Shown here piece by piece: positions 27,964 to 39,934 of a stretch of DNA of 64,000 bases. Made by a program: the position numbers and the translations under genes. Origin of the DNA: an uncultured Phycisphaeraceae bacterium (GTDB lineage Bacteria > Planctomycetota > Phycisphaerae > UBA1845); the NCBI GenBank assembly GCA_964495075.1, contig CAZBUJ010000023.1:1461-65460 (forward strand), written 5' to 3'. The notes below the pieces were generated by a model, which saw only the letters and a list, made by a program, of their open reading frames with translations, had not been told where the DNA came from and made no database searches. Each line of letters begins with the position of its first letter. The first letter of the stretch is position 1.

Positions 27964-28053
27964 AATTACTAATTACTAATTACGAATTACTAATGGAGGG
28001 AGGCATCCGCAAACGACAGTTCATTAGTAATTCGTAATTCGTAATTAGTAATT
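27964..28053. repeat. AT-rich heptamer-repeat hairpin between atpD and atpC (cargo-less copy)
   Basis: 27964-27995 (AATTACT AATTACT AATTACG AATTACT AATG) is complementary to 28022-28053 at 31 of 32 positions. The loop is 26 nt and GC-rich (GAGGGAGGCATCCGCAAACGACAGTT). Confidence 0.92.
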
Positions 28054-28056
28054 GTT

Positions 28057-30101
<2,045 letters not shown>

Positions 30102-30983
30102 CTACGATATCGCCTCCGCCCCCCCCACGATGTCCAACAGCTCCATCGTGATCTGCGTCTGCCGCGCCCGGTTGAATTGCTGCGACAGGTGCTTGATCAT
30201 GTCAGTGGCGGCGTCGGTGGCGGCCTTCATGGCCACCATCCGGGCGACGTTCTCGCTGACCACGGCGTCGAGGAAACACTGATACAGCTCGACCTTGGCG
30301 GCGGCCGGCAACAACTCGCCGAGCAACTCGGCGGGCGGCGGCGAGTAGTCGTACTGCACGGTGCCGGCCGTTCCGACGGCCTCGCCCTCGTCCGCCTTCT
30401 TCTCGAACGGCAGCAGGCGCATCCGCGTCGGTTCCTGCCGGGCGGTCGAGATGAACTTCATGTACACCACGTCGATCGCGTTGACCTTGCCGTCCGAGTA
30501 GTCGCGGATGAACGACTCGGCGATCGGATCGATATTGGCGAACTTCGGCGCATCCCCCAGGTCGCGGTAGGCGCGGTCCATGGGATAGCCGATGAAGGTG
30601 AAGTAGCCGATACCCTTCTTGCCGGCCACGTGCAGCTCGGTCTCCACCCCGGCCGCCTTGTTCTCCTTGTACTTCGCGACGGCCTGCCGCAGGAGCTGGG
30701 CGTTGTAGCCCCCGCACAGGCCGCGGTTCGAGGTGATGATCAGCAGGCGCGACTTGCCCGTGTCCTCGTTTGGCTGGAGCAGCGGGTGCTTGACGTCCTC
30801 GCCGGCGGCGGCGGACATCTTCTCCACCAGTTCGCGGATCTTGTCGGTGAATGGCCGGCTGGCCGTCGCCCGGTTCAGCGCCTGCTGGTATTTGGACGTC
30901 GCGATGAGCTGCATGGTCCGCGTGATTTTGCGGATGTTGCGGTTGGCCCGCAGACGCTTGCTAATTGCACGTGCTTTGGCCAT
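30102..30983 (-). CDS. atpG: F1 ATP synthase subunit gamma
   Basis: 293 aa. N-terminus MAKARAISKRLRANRNIRKITRTMQLIATSK and C-terminus ITMELLDIVGGAEA are typical of gamma. Confidence 0.96.
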   Translation of the reverse strand: MAKARAISKRLRANRNIRKITRTMQLIATSKYQQALNRATASRPFTDKIRELVEKMSAAAGEDVKHPLLQPNEDTGKSRLLIITSNRGLCGGYNAQLLRQAVAKYKENKAAGVETELHVAGKKGIGYFTFIGYPMDRAYRDLGDAPKFANIDPIAESFIRDYSDGKVNAIDVVYMKFISTARQEPTRMRLLPFEKKADEGEAVGTAGTVQYDYSPPPAELLGELLPAAAKVELYQCFLDAVVSENVARMVAMKAATDAATDMIKHLSQQFNRARQTQITMELLDIVGGAEAIS

Positions 30984-30990
30984 GGTTGTT

Positions 30991-31095
30991 AATTGCTAAT
31001 TACTAATGACTAATTACTAATGAACGCTACGTGCGTCTCGTGGTTCGACGATCGCCGGCAGGCGGCACCTCATTTGTAATTAGTAATCAGTCATT
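30991..31095. repeat. AT-rich heptamer-repeat imperfect hairpin between atpA and atpG
   Basis: Left arm 30991-31023 is AATTGCT AATTACT AATGACT AATTACT AATGA. Right arm 31068-31095 is the reverse complement of AATGACT GATTACT AATTACA AATGAGG. The intervening ~44 nt are GC-rich. Confidence 0.85.
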
Positions 31096-31101
31096 CTCTC
31101 G

Positions 31102-32784
<1,683 letters not shown>

Positions 32785-32793
32785 GGCGCACCC

Positions 32794-33396
32794 TTAGTTT
32801 TGTACGTCTTCAAAGTAGCGTTTTCCGCTGTGGATCTCGCGTGACGCGCGTTCGACGAGATCGTCGTGCAGTCGTCGCAACTGGCGGCTGATCGTCACGT
32901 CGAACTTGTCGTCTTCGACCTGCACCACCATGCCGCCGATCATCTCTTCGGCGACCCTGGCGATGATCCGTGGCTTGCGGTCGGCCAGTTGGGCGAGAAC
33001 GACCTCGAGGCGGGACCGCAACCGGGCGGGGAGGGGGACGGCCGTCGTCACGTAGACGTCCACCTCGCCCCGTGCCGCCTCGAGCATCAGGCGATACTGC
33101 TCACAGACCTGGGGGAACAGGAGCATGCGCCCCTTGGCGTTGAGCACCTGCAACGTATTGAGCAGCCGGTCGCTTAGCTTTCCGCGGAGCTTCTCCAACA
33201 CCTCGCGCCGCGCGTCGTCGTCCACGGCGAGACTGTAGACGAAGCCGGCGAAGTCCTTGTCATGCCCGAGCAGCGCGAGCAGGTCGGACAGTTCCACCAT
33301 CAGCGCGTCCGCTTCGCCGGCCGCCTCCGCCGAGTCCAGCAGGGCGTCGGCGTAGACCCGGGCGATGGCAACCGCAGTATCATCGATCGTCGGCAT
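32794..33396 (-). CDS. atpH: F1 ATP synthase subunit delta (OSCP)
   Basis: 200 aa, position between b and alpha, with an OSCP-like helical N-terminus and the C-terminal motif GGMVVQVEDDKFDVTI. Confidence 0.88.
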   Translation of the reverse strand: MPTIDDTAVAIARVYADALLDSAEAAGEADALMVELSDLLALLGHDKDFAGFVYSLAVDDDARREVLEKLRGKLSDRLLNTLQVLNAKGRMLLFPQVCEQYRLMLEAARGEVDVYVTTAVPLPARLRSRLEVVLAQLADRKPRIIARVAEEMIGGMVVQVEDDKFDVTISRQLRRLHDDLVERASREIHSGKRYFEDVQN

Positions 33397-33467
33397 GAAT
33401 GCGTACTCGATCCGCTCCGGTGGGAGCGGGTTCGACGGGGGCGGTCGGACCGCCGCGCCGCCGGTGA

Positions 33468-34082
33468 TCAGTTCCGGCTGCTCTCCCGCAGCCTGGACAG
33501 TTCCTCGATGGACTCCTCGATCAGCCGCTCGTGGGCCTTCTCGTCCAGTTCCGCCCGGATGACGCGGCCCGCTACCTCGGTGGAGAGCCGGGCCGTCAGC
33601 TGGTAGAGGTCCTTGACCGCCGTGTCCCGCGCGGTGGCGATCTCGCGCTTGGCGCGTTCGAGGGCGGCGTCGGCCTCGGCCCGGGCGTCGCTTTCGATCT
33701 TGCGGCGCAGCGTCTCGGCGTCGCGGCGTCCCTCGTCCACGATGGCCGAGGCTTCGACCCGGGCCTTCTGCAACTGCTCGGTGTACTCCCGCAGCCGGGC
33801 CTCCGCCTGTTCGCGATCCTCCTTGGCCTGGCGAAGCGATTCGCTGATGTACTCTTCGCGTTTCTTGAGTCCGGCCAGGATGGGCTTCCAGGCGAACTTG
33901 CCCAGAACGAACACCACGGCGAAGAAGGTGACCAGCGACCAGATGATATTGCCGATGTCACCGGTAAACAGTCCGGGCGCTTCCGTGTGTTCGCCTTCGG
34001 CGGCGCCGACCGCGCCGCTGGCGAGGAGCAACGACGCCGCTATCGCAAGGCCCGACGCCGATCGCATGGTTCTGTCGATCAT
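33468..34082 (-). CDS. atpF: Fo ATP synthase subunit b
   Basis: ORF track 33468..34187; ATG 34082 (or 34067) preferred. TM anchor IIWSLVTFFAVVFVLGKFAWKPI is followed by a long charged helix. Confidence 0.85.
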   Translation of the reverse strand: MIDRTMRSASGLAIAASLLLASGAVGAAEGEHTEAPGLFTGDIGNIIWSLVTFFAVVFVLGKFAWKPILAGLKKREEYISESLRQAKEDREQAEARLREYTEQLQKARVEASAIVDEGRRDAETLRRKIESDARAEADAALERAKREIATARDTAVKDLYQLTARLSTEVAGRVIRAELDEKAHERLIEESIEELSRLRESSRN

Positions 34083-34152
34083 GTTGTCTATCCGATCAGG
34101 GCCTGGCCCGGCCGGCGGGACCGCTCCCGCCGACCGCGCCGCGAACCAACGG

Positions 34153-34518
34153 TCACTTTGCGAGGCCCACCGCCAGGAAACAGCCAAGCACGCCGAACAG
34201 GGTGGCTCCCTCGATCATCGCCGCGGTAATGATCATGGCGGTGGAGATCTGGCCGGCCACCTCGGGCTGGCGGGCCATCGACTCCACGGCACTGCCGCCG
34301 ATCCGGCCGATGCCGGCGGCACCGCCCATCACCACCAACCCCGCGCCGATCCCGCCACCGATCGCCTTCGCCCCGACGTTGTCGAGGAACTTTCCACTCG
34401 CTGCGGCCTCCGCGTCGGCGCCTTCCCCGTGGGTCTGGGCCTGGGCGGTCGAAGCCGTCATCAACAGCAAGCCGGCCGCGATGAGGGCCAGCGCCAGAAT
34501 GCTCTGCTTCCTGCTCAT
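34153..34518 (-). CDS. atpE: Fo ATP synthase subunit c with N-terminal signal-peptide-like extension
   Basis: 121 aa. The C-terminal ~75 aa form a canonical c hairpin (GGAAGIGRIGG, ion-binding E in AAMIEGATLF). The N-terminal ~45 aa are extra. Confidence 0.9.
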   Translation of the reverse strand: MSRKQSILALALIAAGLLLMTASTAQAQTHGEGADAEAAASGKFLDNVGAKAIGGGIGAGLVVMGGAAGIGRIGGSAVESMARQPEVAGQISTAMIITAAMIEGATLFGVLGCFLAVGLAK

Positions 34519-34665
34519 GGATGATCCCTTTCTCGATTTCTCTTACAGTGCGATCCGTTGGGGGCGGATTGCGGTAATCTCGCCATCGCAGTCACGCCTC
34601 GCGGCCCGTTTGCCCCACGACTCCGGGCATGGCGAATTCGATTCCTGTATCTCCCGGCTCGGCGG

Positions 34666-35556
34666 CTACGCGTGAGCGGCCTCCGAACCGTGCTCGTGCT
34701 CTCCGTGGTCGTCGTGATGGAACAGGATCGCCTGGCCGATGAACAGGGCCGTCAGGAACGTGAAGATGAACGCCTGCAAAAACGCGACGAAAATCTCCAG
34801 CATGTAAAACGCCACGCTGCCCAGAATGACGACCACACTCACACCGATCCCGCCGGCGAAACTGTTCGCGCCGACCAGGAAAATGAAACTCAGCAGGACG
34901 GCCAGCAGCACGTGACCGGCCACCATGTTGGCAAACAGACGAACGGCCAGGGCGAAGTTCTTCGCGACCAGACCAATGATCTCGACGGGAACCAGCAGCG
35001 GGGCCAGCCACAGCGGGCCCGGACAGAAGTGGGCGATGTATCGAATGCCGCCGATCCGCAAGCCGTTGATCACGATCATGATGAGCGTGCAGGCCGCCAG
35101 GGTGCCGGTCACATAGATGTTGCCCGTGGCCGAACCGCCGATCCCGTGGTGAGCGCCCGGGAAGATCTCCTTCACCAGCGGCCGGGTCACCGCCTCCAGG
35201 GGCAACAGGCCCAGCAGGTTGCAGGTAAGCACGTAGAAGAAGGCGGACCAGACGTACGGGACGAAACGGTCGGTGTGCTCGCCGAGGGCCGGTCGAGCTA
35301 CCTCGTTGCGAAAGTAGTTGCAGATCGTCTCGATGAAATTGCCGAAGCCGCGGGGGGTCATGTCGGCGACCGTGTCGCCGGTCGGGCGGATCCGGGCAAA
35401 CCGCGGGAAGAGGAGGATCAGCACCAGCGCCGCCAGGATCTGCATGGCCACGTGGTTCGACAGGATGATGGGTTCGATCCACCGGGGGCCACTGTCCACG
35501 TAGACCCATTGGACGACGTGATCCAGTGCGCTGGCGGCCAGTAGCGATGTCGTCAT
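34666..35556 (-). CDS. atpB: Fo ATP synthase subunit a
   Basis: ORF track 34666..35835, trimmed to ATG 35556 (ATGA overlap with the upstream gene). Conserved LAVRLFANMVAGH arginine motif. Confidence 0.92.
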   Translation of the reverse strand: MTTSLLAASALDHVVQWVYVDSGPRWIEPIILSNHVAMQILAALVLILLFPRFARIRPTGDTVADMTPRGFGNFIETICNYFRNEVARPALGEHTDRFVPYVWSAFFYVLTCNLLGLLPLEAVTRPLVKEIFPGAHHGIGGSATGNIYVTGTLAACTLIMIVINGLRIGGIRYIAHFCPGPLWLAPLLVPVEIIGLVAKNFALAVRLFANMVAGHVLLAVLLSFIFLVGANSFAGGIGVSVVVILGSVAFYMLEIFVAFLQAFIFTFLTALFIGQAILFHHDDHGEHEHGSEAAHA

Positions 35557-35990
35557 GAGTGGTTGCCTTTCGTCTTGCCGACCACGTGCACGGCGTAGAG
35601 CGTATCGACGAACAACATGGCCAGATAGGCGATGCCGACCCACAACCCCAGCACGGCTCGATCGAACCACCCGCTGAACAGCAGGGAGACGGTGATGGCC
35701 AGCACCACCACCATCCGGACCGCGGTCGCGGTGAGGATGGCCTGCGGCACCCGCGTGGGATCGCCGTGGGCGGCCAGCCCGACGGGGATCGCCCCGACGC
35801 ACCCGGCCACCAGGCTGGCGGCAATGCCCGCGCACATGGCGGTCACCCCGGCGGACCCGGCGATCCGCAGGGTGGGGACATAGCCCAGCAGCCCCACGGC
35901 TACCGCGGTCCCAATACTGGCCATCGCGAGTCGGGCATAGGTTGGGCCGAAGCTCTTCACTTGGACTGGTTTCCGGTCAATCCTGCTCAT
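35553..35990 (-). CDS. atpI: ATP synthase protein I-like small membrane protein
   Basis: ORF track 35553..36050, trimmed to ATG 35990. It has four hydrophobic segments and sits immediately upstream of atpB with overlapping stop/start. Confidence 0.6.
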   Translation of the reverse strand: MSRIDRKPVQVKSFGPTYARLAMASIGTAVAVGLLGYVPTLRIAGSAGVTAMCAGIAASLVAGCVGAIPVGLAAHGDPTRVPQAILTATAVRMVVVLAITVSLLFSGWFDRAVLGLWVGIAYLAMLFVDTLYAVHVVGKTKGNHS

Positions 35991-36243
35991 CCGGGCCGTT
36001 GCCGGGCTTCTTTTGGTCATCGAAGCGCTTGAACGCCGCCACGGATTCACGGATCAGGTTGTAGGAGCCGCCGAGCAAGCCGAGGGCAGCCCCGATGACG
36101 ACACCCCAGGGCTCTGACCCGTAGCGGGAATCGACCCAGTAACCGACCAACGCGAATCCCGCGACCACGACAGCAAACTCCACCCCGACGCTGCTGAATC
36201 GCATCCAGGTCGGCTTGTTGTCGGGTGGTCGGCGACCCAACAT
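35977..36243 (-). CDS. atpZ: AtpZ/AtpI-family small membrane protein
   Basis: C-terminal 88 aa of ORF 35977..36969, starting at ATG 36243. The segment WMRFSSVGVEFAVVVAGFALVGYWVDSRYGSEPWGVVIGAALGLLGG matches the two-TM AtpZ pattern. First gene of the operon. Confidence 0.7.
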   Translation of the reverse strand: MLGRRPPDNKPTWMRFSSVGVEFAVVVAGFALVGYWVDSRYGSEPWGVVIGAALGLLGGSYNLIRESVAAFKRFDDQKKPGNGPDEQD

Positions 36244-36517
36244 TGGCACATCCACCGGCCGATATGCTGCGCCAAATACGACAAATCGGCCTTTGACCGC
36301 GGGCGCGGACGCCGGTTCGACATGGGAACTTCCGTCGCGACGCCCATCGGAAGGCGAGTAGTCTAGCGATTCTGGAGGCCGGGCGTCAAGGCCGGTCGAA
36401 CAACTGGGGAGACCACGATGATTCCCGCGCCGGATGCCGATAGGATGGAGGCGGCGGCGCGGGGCGGAGAGCCGGGTTTTCCGTCTGGCGGCTGCAACTT
36501 GTTGACGGAACGGGGGT

Positions 36518-37558
36518 TTGCCCATGTTCAAGCACGTGGCCATCGTCGGAGCAACCGGGGCGGTCGGCCGGGAGTTCATCGCGCTGGTCGAGCAGCGCGG
36601 GCTGGCGGCCGAGCGGTTCACTTTGCTGGCGTCGTCCCGCAGTGCCGGGCAGACGATTCCGGTCCGCGGGAAGCCGCACGTGGTGGAGGACCTCGCGCCT
36701 GCCTCGTTTGACGGCACGGAAATCGCGTTTTTCAGCGCGGGCGGCGCGCTGAGCCGGGAGTACGCGGCGAAGGCGGTGGCGGCCGGCGCGGTGGTCATCG
36801 ACAACTCCTCCGCCTTCCGGATGGACGCGGACGTGCCACTGGTGGTGCCGGAGATCAACCCGGAGGATGCCCTGTCGCATCGGGGCATCATCGCCAATCC
36901 CAACTGCTCGACCATCATCATGGCGGTGCCGGTCCACGTCCTGCACCGCGCCAACCCGGTGCGTCGCATCGTGGTAAGTACCTACCAGGCGGCGAGCGGG
37001 GCGGGGCTCAGCGCGATGCGGGAACTCGAGGGGCAGACCCGACGGGTGCTGGCCGGCAAAAGCCCCCGGCCGGAGGTCTTCCCGTTCCCCATCGCCTTCA
37101 ACCTGTTCTCGCACAACTCCGAGATCGGCGCGGACGGGTACAACGAGGAGGAGCGGAAGATGGTGCGGGAGACCCGCAAGATCTTCCACTCGCCAGACCT
37201 TGCGGTGACCGCGACGTGCGTCCGGGTTCCCGTGATGCGGGCCCACAGCGAGGCCATCAACCTAACCTTCTCGCGCCCGATGACCGCGGACGAAGCCCGC
37301 GACCTGCTGCTCACCGCACCCGGTGTCCGGGTGGTCGATGACCCTGACGCCGCCCGGTTCCCGATGCCGATCGATGCGGACGGGCAGGACGACATTCTCG
37401 TAGGGCGGATCCGGCAGGACATCAGCCAGCCGGACGGCTGCGGCCTCGAGATGTTCGTGGTCGGCGATCAACTGCGCAAGGGGGCAGCGCTGAACGCCAT
37501 CCAGATTGCCGAGCTACCCGGCCTCCGACGGGGATCAGGGGAGCCATCGAGCCGTTGA
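36518..37558 (+). CDS. asd: aspartate-semialdehyde dehydrogenase
   Basis: 346 aa. VAIVGATGAVGREF Rossmann motif, NPNCSTI active-site Cys, and the sequence RVPVMRAHSEAI. Confidence 0.95.
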   Translation: MPMFKHVAIVGATGAVGREFIALVEQRGLAAERFTLLASSRSAGQTIPVRGKPHVVEDLAPASFDGTEIAFFSAGGALSREYAAKAVAAGAVVIDNSSAFRMDADVPLVVPEINPEDALSHRGIIANPNCSTIIMAVPVHVLHRANPVRRIVVSTYQAASGAGLSAMRELEGQTRRVLAGKSPRPEVFPFPIAFNLFSHNSEIGADGYNEEERKMVRETRKIFHSPDLAVTATCVRVPVMRAHSEAINLTFSRPMTADEARDLLLTAPGVRVVDDPDAARFPMPIDADGQDDILVGRIRQDISQPDGCGLEMFVVGDQLRKGAALNAIQIAELPGLRRGSGEPSSR

Positions 37559-37788
37559 GCAGGAGCCGCGGCTTTCGGCCGCACAAGGAGAAGCCAGTGA
37601 TCCCATGAGTGGGAGCCCACCGCCTCACCGCCCATCCCCGCGCCCTCCGTTTTCGCCCGCCCGCGGTCTGCCGCTCCACGGATCACCTGCTCGACGGCTC
37701 GCGGCCGGCGGCGGAAGGGCGCGGCCGCGGTTTGCGTTGGCGGCGAGGCTGGGGTATATGCTGGCCGTACGCAGCGGGGTCACCCACC

Positions 37789-39753
37789 ATGGAATGCGTC
37801 GACATGCTCGGTCCCGGCGGGATGATCGCTCGTCGGCTGCCGAGCTACGAACATCGCAGCGAGCAGCTCGCCATGGCCGACGCGGTCGCGCGGGCGTTCG
37901 AGGATCGCGAACACCTGCTCGTCGAAGCGGGCACGGGCGTCGGCAAGAGCTTCGCCTACTTGTGCCCCGCCATCGATCGCGTCACGCGCTCCGGGCAGCG
38001 GGTGGTGGTCAGCACCCACACCATTGCCCTGCAGGAGCAACTCGTCGCCAAGGACATTCCGTTCCTGCAATCGGTCTCCCCATCGGAGTTCTCCGCGGTG
38101 CTCGTCAAGGGCCGGGGGAACTACGTGGGGCTCCGCCGACTGGCCCGGGCCAGTCAGCGGCAGGACCTCCTGTTCGATTCGCCCGGCGCCAAACAGGAGT
38201 TGTGGCGGATCGAACAGTGGGCGTACCAGACGCGCGACGGCTCGCTGTCCGACCTGGCCCCGCCCCCGTCGGTGTCGGTGTGGGACAAGGTCCGCAGTGA
38301 GCACGGCAATTGCATGGGCCGGCGCTGTCCGCATTATCAACAATGCTTCTTTCAGCAGGCCCGGCGCCGGGCGGAGCACGCGAACCTGCTCGTGGTGAAC
38401 CACGCCCTGTTCTTCGCCGATCTGGCCGTCCGCGCCCAGGGGGCCGGCATCCTGCCCGACTACGACGTCGCCATTCTGGACGAGGCGCACACGGTGGAGG
38501 AGGTCGCGGCCGATCACTTCGGGCAAACGGTATCCGAGGGGCAGATCCGCTACTTGTTGAACTCGCTGTACAACGAGCGGACGAAGCACGGACACTTGAC
38601 CGGGTTTCACGCCGACGCCGCGATCCGGGCGGTGGCCAAGACGCGCAGCGTGCTGGCCCGCTTCGTCGACGAGTTGCTGACCTGGCAGACGACCCACGGA
38701 CGATCGAACGGTCGCCTGTCCGAGCCCCCGCCGGTCAAGAACCTGGTCAGCGACGCGCTGCGGGATCTCCACGGCAAGTTGCGATCGGTGCGTGACCTGA
38801 CCAGCGACGAAGGCGACCGGTTCGAGATCAACGCGTTGATGGACCGCACGGTGGCCCTGGCGGAGGCGCTGGAGGAACTGCTGGCCCAGGAGCACGAGGA
38901 CTGGGTCTACTGGATCGCGACGGAGCCGGAGCGTCAGAACCGTGTCACCTTAAAGGCCCGCCCGATCGATACCGGCGCCTGTTTGAAGGATGCGCTGTTC
39001 GGCGTGGTGCCGAGCGTGGTCCTGACCAGCGCCACCCTGACCACCGGCCCGGATGACCACTTCGCCTACCTGCGGGAGCGGTTGAACCTCACCGACGCCC
39101 GCACGTGCGCGCTGGGCTCCCCCTACGACTACGCGCGGCACGTCAAAGTGTACGTGGAGACCGCCCTGCCGGAGCCGAACAACTTCGAAGCCTTCGTTCC
39201 CCGGGCCAGCGAAGCCATCGAAAAGTACCTGCGCCTGACGGAGGGGCGTGCCTTCGTGCTGTTCACCAGCTACGCCATGATGAACCGGTGTGCCGACTTG
39301 ATGGCCCCCTTCTTCGCCGAAGCCGGCATGAAACTCATGGTGCAGGGGCAGGACCTGCCGCGGTTCCGGATGATCGAGCGGTTCCGGGCGGACGTGGGGA
39401 GCGTGATCTTCGGGACAGCCAGTTTCTGGGGCGGCGTGGACGTGCCGGGCGAAGCGTTATCCAACGTGATCATCGTAAAGCTGCCCTTCGCGGTGCCGGA
39501 CCACCCCGCGGTGGAGGCCCGCATCGAGCAGATCCGGCGCCGGGGCGGCAATCCGTTCGCCGAGTTCCAGCTCCCTGAAGCCATCCTCAAATTCAAGCAG
39601 GGCTTCGGCCGGCTGATCCGATCCCGCGAAGACCGCGGCATCGTGGCGATCCTCGACCCCCGCGTGCATACGAAGCGCTACGGGAAGGCGTTTCTGGATG
39701 CGCTGCCGGACTGTGAAGTCATCTTGCGGGGAGGAGGGGAGGGCGGCGAATAG
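37789..39753 (+). CDS. DinG/Rad3-family ATP-dependent DNA helicase
   Basis: ORF track 37609..39753; ATG 37789 preferred. Walker A EAGTGVGKSFAYL, DEAH box ILDEAHTVEE, Cys cluster (CMGRRCPHYQQC) consistent with an Fe-S domain, and a helicase C-terminal domain. Confidence 0.85.
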   Translation: MECVDMLGPGGMIARRLPSYEHRSEQLAMADAVARAFEDREHLLVEAGTGVGKSFAYLCPAIDRVTRSGQRVVVSTHTIALQEQLVAKDIPFLQSVSPSEFSAVLVKGRGNYVGLRRLARASQRQDLLFDSPGAKQELWRIEQWAYQTRDGSLSDLAPPPSVSVWDKVRSEHGNCMGRRCPHYQQCFFQQARRRAEHANLLVVNHALFFADLAVRAQGAGILPDYDVAILDEAHTVEEVAADHFGQTVSEGQIRYLLNSLYNERTKHGHLTGFHADAAIRAVAKTRSVLARFVDELLTWQTTHGRSNGRLSEPPPVKNLVSDALRDLHGKLRSVRDLTSDEGDRFEINALMDRTVALAEALEELLAQEHEDWVYWIATEPERQNRVTLKARPIDTGACLKDALFGVVPSVVLTSATLTTGPDDHFAYLRERLNLTDARTCALGSPYDYARHVKVYVETALPEPNNFEAFVPRASEAIEKYLRLTEGRAFVLFTSYAMMNRCADLMAPFFAEAGMKLMVQGQDLPRFRMIERFRADVGSVIFGTASFWGGVDVPGEALSNVIIVKLPFAVPDHPAVEARIEQIRRRGGNPFAEFQLPEAILKFKQGFGRLIRSREDRGIVAILDPRVHTKRYGKAFLDALPDCEVILRGGGEGGE

Positions 39754-39871
39754 CGCGTGGCTCGGGGCCAGGACGGGGCGCTACTCCTTTCCCGCACGGC
39801 TCTTTCATCCGCAACACCATGCCGGCTGATCCCGGCGCTTTCTCGCCATTCGTCATTCAAACAACGGACAA

Positions 39872-39894
39872 GGCCTCCGTGGGTCGCGGAGGCC
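39872..39894 (-). terminator. candidate intrinsic terminator after fliC
   Basis: GGCCUCCG-N7-CGGAGGCC (8-bp GC stem) lies 40 nt after the fliC stop. On the minus strand it is followed by the U-containing tract TTGTCCGTTGTTTG. Confidence 0.5.
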
Positions 39895-39934
39895 CTGCCC
39901 GTGTTTGTCGCGGCGAACCGGACAATCGCCCCTC

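Noticed and set aside
31038-31050. tRNA-like GGTTCGA T-loop motif inside the loop of the atpA-atpG element.
   Set aside because: The flanks cannot be drawn into an acceptor/T-arm cloverleaf. This is an isolated 7-mer match only.
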